From assembly GCA_965249365.1 (NCBI GenBank), contig OZ252229.1:234977-298976 (forward strand): 64,000 nucleotides of DNA, read 5' to 3'. The notes beneath the pieces are model-generated. The model was given only the letters and a program-made list of their open reading frames with translations. It had not been told where the DNA came from and did not search any database. A program made the position numbers and the translations under genes. Positions 56,668 through 64,000 of this stretch are shown here, in pieces. This DNA comes from Dehalococcoidia bacterium (GTDB lineage: Bacteria > Chloroflexota > Dehalococcoidia > Lucifugimonadales > UBA1123). Each line of letters opens with the position of its first letter. Positions within the stretch are counted from its first letter, which is position 1.

Positions 56668-57660
56668 CTACAGGTTGAACTGCGGGTCCATGTAGTCCTT
56701 GTCCTTGGCGTAGATCTGCAGCCTGCCCCGGGTGGAGTCGGCGATGATGATCCTGTCTTCGGGATCGATCGTCAAGCCGACAGGGCGTTCGAAGAGGCCG
56801 AGGGGGGTCTTGTCCTTAACCCGTCGGTACGCCTTCTGGCCGTCGGGATTGGCGTTGATCACCTCAGCGGCCCACTTGCTGAACTCGATAGCGTCACCGT
56901 AGAGCGCGGTGATAACGGAGCCTTCTGGATCGTAGATCTGGATGCGCTTGTTACCCCAGTCGGACACATAGACGTCGCCCTCGCTGTCGACAGCGACGCT
57001 GGCCGGGTGGTTGAGGTCCCCGCCGTCCTGCTTATCGTGACCGCCGAACGCCAGCAGCAACTCACCTTCCGGCGAGAACTTCACGACTCGGCTGTTGCCC
57101 CAGTCCGCGACGTAGACGTTGTCTTCCGCATCGACACAGATGCCCCAAGGGTTGCTTAGCTGGCCCGCACCTATGGTGGATATGTGCTGCCCGTCTTTGG
57201 TGAACTTCTGGACCCGTTCGTTCTTGGCGTCGACGATCAGGATGTTGTCGTCGCTGTCGAAAGTCAAACCCGACGGGCCGTTCAGTTGCCCATCTTCAGA
57301 CCCGGTTTCGCCCCAAGTCCCGGTGGGTTCGCCATCCTCGTCGTATACGTGGATCCGATTGTTGTACTCCTCCGAACAGTAGACATTTCCGTCGGCGTCC
57401 AGCGCCAGGCCGGCCGGCCATCGCATCTGTCCGCGCCCGAAGTCGCCGATGAACTCCTGGTCGATTGTGAGCTTGCCGATGCGCTTGTTCTCCGCGACGA
57501 CGCCGCCAACTCCGTCGTTTCCCCGACTGAGGACGTACAGGACGCCCTCGGGTCCCGCGGCGACGTCCACCGGCTGAGTGAATCCGTTACCGGCGGCGGC
57601 GTTCCGCCCTATCGCGTGGCTGAAGTTCCAAGTGCGTCCTGCCACAGTTGTAGTCAACAT
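56668..57660 (-). CDS. NHL-repeat six-bladed beta-propeller protein, no signal peptide
   Basis: Repeated ...P.G(L/I/V)..D..GN(V/I)YV(A/S)D..N.R(V/I)..(F/Y)...G units. ATG 57660 after GGAGGAG. Confidence 0.85.
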   Translation of the reverse strand: MLTTTVAGRTWNFSHAIGRNAAAGNGFTQPVDVAAGPEGVLYVLSRGNDGVGGVVAENKRIGKLTIDQEFIGDFGRGQMRWPAGLALDADGNVYCSEEYNNRIHVYDEDGEPTGTWGETGSEDGQLNGPSGLTFDSDDNILIVDAKNERVQKFTKDGQHISTIGAGQLSNPWGICVDAEDNVYVADWGNSRVVKFSPEGELLLAFGGHDKQDGGDLNHPASVAVDSEGDVYVSDWGNKRIQIYDPEGSVITALYGDAIEFSKWAAEVINANPDGQKAYRRVKDKTPLGLFERPVGLTIDPEDRIIIADSTRGRLQIYAKDKDYMDPQFNL

Positions 57661-57777
57661 GATTTGGCTCCTCCGCGGGTTGTACACCCTCACCCCCGGT
57701 CTTCGCCGAGGCAGGCTCTGACCCTTTCCCATCAAGGGAGAGGGGACTAGTTTGCGCTCAGCCTTCTACGACGAGAC

Positions 57778-58926
57778 TCAGGAGCCGTTGGTCTTCAGGT
57801 AGCGAGGCGTCTCGAACTGACCGTTGACGATCGGGGCCGCCTCAAGGTGGAGGTGGTCCTCCAAGATCGTGGAGTATACTCCGCGATAGTCTTGGTTCGG
57901 TACGAGGTCGCCCTGCTCCAGCGCTTCCGGCCTGGTCTCAGGGTACTCCGAGTACATTCCGCCACGGACGCTTGGACCGAGGGCGAATGCCACGCCCGCC
58001 GCGCCGTGATCAGTCCCTGAGCCGTTGTCCCGGACGCGACGTCCGAACTCGCTGAACATGAACATAACGACGTTGTCGTCAGCGTCGTGCTCTCTGAGGT
58101 CGTCCCAGAAGTCCGCAACCGCCTCGGAGACATCCTGCCACAGCTTGGCGTGGGTCGTCGCCTGTGCGGCGTGCGTGTCGAAGGAGCCGTAGTCGCAGTA
58201 GAAGATGCGCGTGCCGACGTCCGCCGTATGGATCTGGGCGATGTCTCGCAGCTTGCTCGCGACGGGAGAAGCTCCGTACTCAACGCTTGACTCGTACGAG
58301 TCCGGCGCGACCTTCAGGATGTCGGCGCCCTTCAGGGCGTCGAGTCCGGTCTGTCCGAGGTAATCCATCACCGGGCCGCTTCCCATCGCCGGTCCATACA
58401 TGTTGGCGAAGCGCTCTAGCATCTTATCGCGCTGATCTTCGGCCTCAATGCTCGTGAGGAGCCCGTAACTGGACAGATCGGCGACAGAGGCGACCGACAC
58501 GCCTGGGGCTACCAGCGCCCGCGGGAGGCCCTGGCCGATGTTAACAGCGGTGACCGGGTTCTCGCCGTTAGGGTCAAGCTCGCCGATAGACCGGCCGAGC
58601 CATCCTTCTGTCCCGACCTTGTCCGGCTCACACGTGTGCCAGATATCCATGGAGCGGAAGTGCGACCTCGGGGAGTTAGCGTACCCGATCCCGTGGATGA
58701 CCGCCATGTCGCCCTGATCGTAGATCTCCTTCATCGGGCCCATCGCCGGATGGAAACCCAACTGGTCATCCAGCTTCAGGACGCGGTCCTGAGGGATCTG
58801 CAACGAAGGCCTGCTGTCGAAGTAGTTCCCATCGTTATACGGGATCACTGTGTTGAAATAGTCGTTGCCGCCGGTGAGCTGGAGGATGACCAGCACAGGG
58901 GGCTTTCCGTTTCCATTGACAGCCAT
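57778..58926 (-). CDS. DUF1501 (sulfatase/phosphatase-fold) protein lacking a Tat/Sec signal
   Basis: PVLVILQLTGGNDYFNTVIPY...RSHFRSMDIWHT...YGSFDTHAAQ...DHG. The mature-domain motifs begin at residue ~10. Confidence 0.8.
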   Translation of the reverse strand: MAVNGNGKPPVLVILQLTGGNDYFNTVIPYNDGNYFDSRPSLQIPQDRVLKLDDQLGFHPAMGPMKEIYDQGDMAVIHGIGYANSPRSHFRSMDIWHTCEPDKVGTEGWLGRSIGELDPNGENPVTAVNIGQGLPRALVAPGVSVASVADLSSYGLLTSIEAEDQRDKMLERFANMYGPAMGSGPVMDYLGQTGLDALKGADILKVAPDSYESSVEYGASPVASKLRDIAQIHTADVGTRIFYCDYGSFDTHAAQATTHAKLWQDVSEAVADFWDDLREHDADDNVVMFMFSEFGRRVRDNGSGTDHGAAGVAFALGPSVRGGMYSEYPETRPEALEQGDLVPNQDYRGVYSTILEDHLHLEAAPIVNGQFETPRYLKTNGS

Positions 58927-58957
58927 TATTGTCTCTTCCTCCTGGTGCTTGCTCCCT

Positions 58958-60355
58958 CTAGCCGAACTGATACTCTCTGGTGGCGGCGATCAAAGCGAAG
59001 GTCTCGGTTGCGCGGGTCGCGAATTCGTCAGAGCCGACCTCGATCTCGCCTCCGGTGTCGACGTGCGCGACAAGCTCGTCGTGGGTGCGCCCGTCGACCT
59101 CCATAGGACCCATGATGTCCAAGCAGCGGTCGACGAACTCTGCCGCGCTCATCGTAGCGCCATTGGAGCCGACGTGATCGACCATGGCCCTGACGCCTGG
59201 CAGATCGACGTCGCTGACCCTGTCCGCGACGAAGTTGACCCGCTTTACTAGCGACCCGCTGTTTATCCACTCTCGGCCTGTGTGCCACCCCTCCACGCTC
59301 GGTGGATCGAGGATGTCCTGGCCCATGTAACCGGGCTCCTTACCGAACGCTTCGAGCCTCGGATCGGGTCCGGTCATGTCCTTGGTGACGCGGAGTGTAC
59401 CAACAACGACCTCGGTTGGGCTCTTTACCTTCTGGTACTGGGCCTCTTTGAAGTAGTCGGAGTTGAGGAGCTGTCTGAGCACGGGCTTGATCTCGTAGTT
59501 GCCATCGACAAACGTATTCGACAACGCGTCGATCGCCTCGGGATCGCGAGGCTCCTCGATATTCCAGGCAGGTACCTGCGGCTCGTCGGCGACGAAGAAG
59601 TTGTACATGTGCCGGGTGATGAACCGGGGGCAGGCATCTTGCTGGAGGATGATGTCGATGATGTCCTCGCCGTCGAAGTTGCCGGTGTGGCCGAGGAAGG
59701 TCTTCTCCGTGTAGTCGTGGTCCTCCGGCCTGAAGCTGAACTTCCAGGGGTGCCGTCCATACGGGTACCTGGGCATCTTGGCGTCGATCGTCCAGCCCGT
59801 GAAGGCCCGGGAGCACTCGAATACGTCGGTCTCGGTGTAATGGCCTACTCCGAGACTGAACAGCTCCAAAAGCTCGCGTCCCCAGTTCTCGTTGGGCGCG
59901 TACTTGTGGTTTTCGTTGTTGTCGAGCCAGAAGATCATCGCCGGGTTTTGAGCCAGGGCGACCAGCAGGTCGCGATAGTTGCCCATGCCCTGCTCACGCA
60001 AGAGGCTGATCTGCTCGAGAAGGTGGTTGCAGTTGTCCACCTTGGCGTTGCCGGTTGCGAAGACATGGTGCCAAAAGAGCGCCATCTTCTCTTCCAGCGG
60101 TCTCTGGGTTGTCACCATCCAGAACAGCCAGTTAGCCTGTCCGGGAGAGACCGCACCCCCTGGAACCTCGGTTATCGGGTGGTAACGATACAGAGCGTAC
60201 TGGTCCACCGGCGGCTGATCCTGCGGGTTGAGGAGCATCTCGACGGTCTCCTCGTACCCGATCTCACAGTACTGTTCGACCTCATCCCTCGTAGCGCCGA
60301 ATCCGGCTCTACGCATCAGGTGGGACATGAGGGCGATGTCTTCTCTACTCGCCAT
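58958..60355 (-). CDS. DUF1800 protein lacking a signal peptide
   Basis: HLMRRAGFGATRDEVEQY near the N-terminus and the usual pairing with DUF1501 immediately downstream. Confidence 0.8.
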   Translation of the reverse strand: MASREDIALMSHLMRRAGFGATRDEVEQYCEIGYEETVEMLLNPQDQPPVDQYALYRYHPITEVPGGAVSPGQANWLFWMVTTQRPLEEKMALFWHHVFATGNAKVDNCNHLLEQISLLREQGMGNYRDLLVALAQNPAMIFWLDNNENHKYAPNENWGRELLELFSLGVGHYTETDVFECSRAFTGWTIDAKMPRYPYGRHPWKFSFRPEDHDYTEKTFLGHTGNFDGEDIIDIILQQDACPRFITRHMYNFFVADEPQVPAWNIEEPRDPEAIDALSNTFVDGNYEIKPVLRQLLNSDYFKEAQYQKVKSPTEVVVGTLRVTKDMTGPDPRLEAFGKEPGYMGQDILDPPSVEGWHTGREWINSGSLVKRVNFVADRVSDVDLPGVRAMVDHVGSNGATMSAAEFVDRCLDIMGPMEVDGRTHDELVAHVDTGGEIEVGSDEFATRATETFALIAATREYQFG

Positions 60356-60416
60356 CTATCTCCTCCTTTTCCTGTGAGTTTGTTCGTGGCTCACCGTCGT
60401 CCTTGGTTCGCTCAAG

Positions 60417-60893
60417 TCAGAAGCCGCATGATGCCGTGATATCCTCTGACGGCTCTTGCTGGCACTCCGGACAGATCCCGTAGTAGTCCGTTCGTTCACG
60501 TACGACCTTGTATCCCGTGGCCGTCGACACACGATTTAGAACGTCGTCGCCGGAGTGGATTCCGCCCATGTCCTCGATTGACTCGCAGCTTAAGCAGATG
60601 ACGTGAGGGTGGGGCTCCGGGCGCCGGCCATCGTAGCGGTTCGCCGCCCCGCTGAACTCGAGCTCCAACACCTGCCCGGCCTCTTTGAGGAGCTCGATGG
60701 TGTTGTAGATGGTCGCGAGGCTGGTGGACGGATACCACCTCCGCACCTCGGCGTGGAGCTCATTTACGCTCGGATGGCGATCGGTGGACGCGAGAACTTC
60801 GAGCGTCTTCACACGACGACGCGTGATCGCAGCCCCAAGGCTGCCGAGCGAACTCTGCATCTCTTCTAGTCGAAGCTGGACGTGTGGGTCCAA
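60417..60893 (-). CDS. Fur-family metalloregulator (Fur/Zur/PerR; subtype unresolved)
   Basis: ...RRRVKTLEVLASTDRHPSVNELHAEV...SLATIYNTIELL.EAG......HPHVICLSCESIED...YGICPECQ (two CxxC pairs). Confidence 0.85.
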   Translation of the reverse strand: MDPHVQLRLEEMQSSLGSLGAAITRRRVKTLEVLASTDRHPSVNELHAEVRRWYPSTSLATIYNTIELLKEAGQVLELEFSGAANRYDGRRPEPHPHVICLSCESIEDMGGIHSGDDVLNRVSTATGYKVVRERTDYYGICPECQQEPSEDITASCGF

Positions 60894-60939
60894 ATGCGTC
60901 TACCTACGATCCGGTCTGTGCGCACCGATTCAAACAAAC

Positions 60940-60952
60940 TAGAATCGTTCTA
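60940..60952. promoter_or_regulatory. weak inverted repeat TAGAA-tcg-TTCTA in an AT-rich patch upstream of the fur-family gene
   Basis: Read directly, about 50 nt upstream of the TTG start. Only 5-bp arms. Confidence 0.2.
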
Positions 60953-61130
60953 AAACCGTCCCAGTGCGGAACGATAGACCACAATACGCGGGTTGTCAAG
61001 CACGTTCAGGCCCAGAATGGGGAGTCACCCCCACCGAAGCCCAGTCGCGTCAAGCGAGATGTGACTTTCAAGGCAAAAACGTGGTTCCCGGCAGCGAGGG
61101 CGTCTTGCCCCCGCGCGTCGGGGTTGGAGG

Positions 61131-61724
61131 TCAACGCAACGCGGCCGGGATGCTCAGCCAGTCGATGGGCCAGTAGCGAAACCACATCCGACCGACAAGG
61201 TTGTCCAATGGTACGACGCCCCACTCTCGCGAGTCCCGGGACGCGCGGCGATTGTCTCCCAGGACATAGTAGGAGTTCTCGGGAACGTACACCGGACCCC
61301 TGGTCCGCGTGTCCGGATTGGTGATGTAGTCCTCCTCGATGGGCACGCCGTTCCTGAAGACCTGGCCCCGCTCGATCTCGATCGTGTCCCCGGGGACGCC
61401 GACGACCCGCTTGACGAAGTCCCGAGTCGGATCGACCGGGTAGCGGAATATGACCACGTCCCCGTGCTGAGGCGGCTGAAACGCGAACAAAATGTCGTCC
61501 ACGTCCCCGTCCGACGCCTCGACGAATGGGAGGAATCTGGCTAAGTCTGACCGCTCCATATGGAAGTAGACCAGCTTGTTGACGACCAGCCGCTCATCCT
61601 CGACCAGCGTGGCGTTCATGCTGGACCCGTTAACCTTGAAGTGCTGAACACTGGCCTGGAGCGCGAGGAATATCGCAAGCGCCAACAGGACGGTTTCAAT
61701 CTGCTCTCGAATTAGCTGTCGCAT
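61131..61724 (-). CDS. lepB: signal peptidase I
   Basis: VNGSSMNATL (catalytic Ser box), ...GDVVIF.., VLGDNRRASRDSREWG. ATG 61724 is preferred over TTG 61745. Confidence 0.9.
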   Translation of the reverse strand: MRQLIREQIETVLLALAIFLALQASVQHFKVNGSSMNATLVEDERLVVNKLVYFHMERSDLARFLPFVEASDGDVDDILFAFQPPQHGDVVIFRYPVDPTRDFVKRVVGVPGDTIEIERGQVFRNGVPIEEDYITNPDTRTRGPVYVPENSYYVLGDNRRASRDSREWGVVPLDNLVGRMWFRYWPIDWLSIPAALR

Positions 61725-62013
61725 ACCTCGTCCGCCAACACTCAATCCAGGAGACAGTATATCGGAGAACCACTACCTTCAGGCACTGACCAGCGGTTAG
61801 GATTTGTACTGAGATTAGCTGGGGCGATCCGTCTGCGCAGCACGATCTTGGGATATCGGCGGCGGCACGGCGGACCCGGGCTCGACTCCGATCCTCTGAC
61901 AAGGACCCACCGAGATAGCCAAGGACTTCCAAACCGCGGCGCAATGCGCTGAAGACTCCGAGCTCGTCCGGCGCAGCCAGAGCGGGGATCTGGCCGCGTT
62001 CAACGCGATCGTC

Positions 62014-62529
62014 GTGAGGTACCAGAGCCGTGTCCTCAACCTGTCGGCAAGGATATTGAGCGACCGCGGCCTCGCGGAAGACGTTACACAGGAGACCTTC
62101 ATCTCCGCGTATCGTGCCATCGAACGATTCCGTGGTGGCAGCCTGCGGGCGTGGCTCATGCGCATTGCGGTCAATGCCAGCCGCGATGTGCTCCGCCGGC
62201 GCCGCAGGAGACCGGAGGACTCGCTGGACGAGTCGCTAGAAAGTCCCTCTTTCCAACCTATGGCAGAGGGAGAGTCCCCGGACGAGTACGCGACGAGACA
62301 GGAGTTGAACGCGGAGATCCAACGCTCGATCGCATCACTGCCGGAAGACCAGCGGGCCGTACTCGTGCTCATCGACGTCCAAGGGCTGTCTTACCAGGAA
62401 ACCGCGGACGCCGTTGCGACCTCGATTGGCACCGTAAAGTCCAGGCTGAGCCGTGCCCGGAGAAGAGTTCGTGACTCGCTGTTGCAGAGAAGGGAACTTC
62501 TTCCCGATAGATTCCGTCAAGTAGAGTGA
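62014..62529 (+). CDS. ECF (RpoE-like) sigma factor; annotated start is probably too far downstream
   Basis: VVRYQSRVLNLSARIL....AEDVTQETFISAYRAIERFRG.S.RAWLMRIAVN and LPEDQRAVLVLIDVQGLSYQETADAVATSIGTVKSRLSRAR. The in-frame upstream codons encode the conserved DSELVRRSQSGDLAAFNAIV but contain no ATG/GTG/TTG. Confidence 0.85.
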   Translation: MRYQSRVLNLSARILSDRGLAEDVTQETFISAYRAIERFRGGSLRAWLMRIAVNASRDVLRRRRRRPEDSLDESLESPSFQPMAEGESPDEYATRQELNAEIQRSIASLPEDQRAVLVLIDVQGLSYQETADAVATSIGTVKSRLSRARRRVRDSLLQRRELLPDRFRQVE

Positions 62530-64000
62530 AGGGGTTTAGCGACTTGTTGAGATTCCTCGCAGAGAGGAGACACGCGAAGCTGAGGGAGCTTCTATCGTCG
62601 TATATCGACGGCGAGGTCTCCGACGACGAGCGCCGGCGGGTGGAGGCCCACCTGGCGGAGTGCGACACGTGTCGCACGGAGCTGGAGTCCCTCAGGTGGA
62701 CCGTGTCGTTACTGGCGGATCTGCCGCAGATCGAGACGACGCGGTCCTTCCTTCTCGCCGAGCCGCCGGATGGTGCTCCGGAGAGAGATCGCCTTGTCAC
62801 CGTGACGCGGTGGGCAGCCTCCGTCGCAGGTGTCGTGCTCGTCGCTCTCATCGCTGGAGAGATTTTACTCAACATCTCGCAGTCCGGACTCATCCCTTTG
62901 GACCCCTTCGTCGGGCAAAGTGAAGAGGCTGAACAGCCGGCGGCAGCAGCATCGGCCCCCGCAGTGCCACGCCCGGCTCCGTCATCGGTAGAGAGCGCCA
63001 GTGAGATTGTCGTTGAGAAAGAGGTTGTCAAAGAAGTTGTCGTTGAAGAGGAGGTTATGAAGGAGGTTGTGGCCGTTCCAACGGAGGCCGCAGTCCCTAC
63101 GGAGGCGGAAGTTCCTGGGGAGACGGTAGTAGTGGAGAAGGCGGTCCGCGACGTTGTGGTCGAAAAAGAGGTGGTGAAGACTGTGGAGGTCCCGGGGGAG
63201 ACGGTCGTAGTGGAGAAGGCGGTCCAGGACGTTGTGGTCGAAAAAGAAGTCGTGGAGACTGTGGAGGTCCCGGGGGAGACGGTAGTAGTGGAGAAGGCGG
63301 TCCAGGACGTTGTGGTCGAAAAAGAAGTCGTGGAGACGGTGGAGGTCCCGGGGGAGACGGTCGTAGTGGAGAAGGCGGTCCGCGACGTTGTGGTCGAAAA
63401 AGAGGTGGTGAAGACTGTGGAGGTCCCGGGGGAGACGATCGTGGTTGAAACAGAGATAGTTAAGGAGGTTGAGGTCCAGCCAGCCGAAGCCGCAGAGACC
63501 CCGACCCCTGCAGCAACTACAGTTCCCGCTCAGGCTGTGGCCCGGCAGGAATTCCAGGGGGCTGAAGCGACGCACACCGCACTGCCCATGGCGCAACAAG
63601 CTCCGACAGCTGTTCCCGAAATCGCAGCGGCAGCATTAGAGGCTGTTCAATCAACGCCCACTACCACTTCCACACCCACGCCTGTTAAGGTCTCGTCGCC
63701 AACACCGACTGCGACTCCGTCTCCCACGGCGACAGCCACTCCGACGCGATCGCCAACACCTGTGCCAACCCCGACCGTCGCACCGACGAACACCGCCACG
63801 CCTGTGCCAACCCCGACGGCCACACCGACGAACACTGCCACACCTGTACCAACTCCTACGGCCACAGCTGCCCCTGCGGCAACGGCGACCGACACACCGT
63901 CACCGACCGGGAGTATCCAAGCAACCGGCACACCGAGACCGGCTCAGGCATCGATGGCGCGAGACCAGTTCACGGCCACTGCTGGTACACCTACAGCGCC
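62526..64000 (+). CDS. zf-HC2 anti-sigma factor with a long repeat-rich extracytoplasmic region (3' partial; not in the ORF track)
   Basis: GTG 62526 overlaps the sigma stop (GTGA). LSSYIDGEVSDDERRRVEAHLAECDTCRTELESL (H-x3-C-x2-C). TM WAASVAGVVLVALIAGEILL. The frame stays open to the window end. Confidence 0.85.
   Translation, partial: MKGFSDLLRFLAERRHAKLRELLSSYIDGEVSDDERRRVEAHLAECDTCRTELESLRWTVSLLADLPQIETTRSFLLAEPPDGAPERDRLVTVTRWAASVAGVVLVALIAGEILLNISQSGLIPLDPFVGQSEEAEQPAAAASAPAVPRPAPSSVESASEIVVEKEVVKEVVVEEEVMKEVVAVPTEAAVPTEAEVPGETVVVEKAVRDVVVEKEVVKTVEVPGETVVVEKAVQDVVVEKEVVETVEVPGETVVVEKAVQDVVVEKEVVETVEVPGETVVVEKAVRDVVVEKEVVKTVEVPGETIVVETEIVKEVEVQPAEAAETPTPAATTVPAQAVARQEFQGAEATHTALPMAQQAPTAVPEIAAAALEAVQSTPTTTSTPTPVKVSSPTPTATPSPTATATPTRSPTPVPTPTVAPTNTATPVPTPTATPTNTATPVPTPTATAAPAATATDTPSPTGSIQATGTPRPAQASMARDQFTATAGTPTA
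63108..63455 (+). repeat. about 4.4 copies of a 78-bp in-frame tandem repeat encoding VEVPGETVVVEKAV(Q/R)DVVVEKEVV(E/K)T
   Basis: gaggtcccggggg at 63186, 63264, 63342 and 63420. A degenerate copy starts at 63108. Confidence 0.95.

Noticed and set aside
59282-60439. 385-aa plus-strand ORF
   Set aside because: It lies antisense to the DUF1800 gene, which carries the family's RRAGFGAT signature. The plus-frame product is low-complexity.
63108-63455. Regular 78-bp repeats (and 48-bp repeats at 35484-35675) as a possible CRISPR array
   Set aside because: The units are directly abutting with no unique spacers. They are in frame within long ORFs and encode a coherent peptide repeat. No cas genes are present.

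Overview
Visibly GC-rich bacterial chromosomal window. The gene content, Pro/Thr-rich linkers and operon layout look Chloroflexota-like or actinobacteria-like, but taxonomy cannot be settled without a database search. There are four blocks. (1) 1-11.5 kb is an accessory patch. It holds a 5'-truncated acyl-ligase/ACP/acyltransferase fusion, VapBC, a membrane HTH-TPR regulator, a VWA lipoprotein and a DUF1761-like protein. It also holds a HigB-like toxin interrupted by an in-frame TGA next to a long HigA-ImmA/IrrE fusion, an intact IS5-family element with CTAG duplication, an autoinhibited Fic protein, and tRNA-Lys(UUU). (2) 11.5-24.7 kb is a co-directional Ser/Thr phosphosignalling cluster: an FHA+OmpR-winged-helix regulator, a 3-TM protein with three FHA domains, a PP2C phosphatase, and two tandem paralogous Hanks kinases. 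One kinase is a 2044-aa LRR/PQQ-propeller/CARDB/PPC receptor and the other is fused to a family-5 solute-binding domain. Phased TTCAGG direct repeats lie in two promoter regions of this cluster. This is my best candidate for an undescribed system. (3) 24.9-50.5 kb is housekeeping: an MFS pump, ATL, Fpg, then a complete str-S10-spc-alpha ribosomal superoperon (rpsL to rplQ, no tuf), truA, rplM-rpsI and a DtxR-family regulator. Oddities are a repeat-bearing S3 tail, an insertion in S12, and a 6-TM protein wedged between rpsK and rpsD. (4) 50.5-64 kb holds queG coupled to an unrecognisable 254-aa protein, an ISAs1-family IS with a perfect 10-bp duplication, rplS, priA, a Fur-DUF1800-DUF1501-NHL operon without signal peptides, lepB, and an ECF sigma / anti-sigma pair. 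The anti-sigma ectodomain carries 78-bp tandem repeats homologous to a repeat in the VWA lipoprotein 59 kb away. No rRNA and no CRISPR array were seen. Many long antisense ORFs in the track are GC-composition artefacts.
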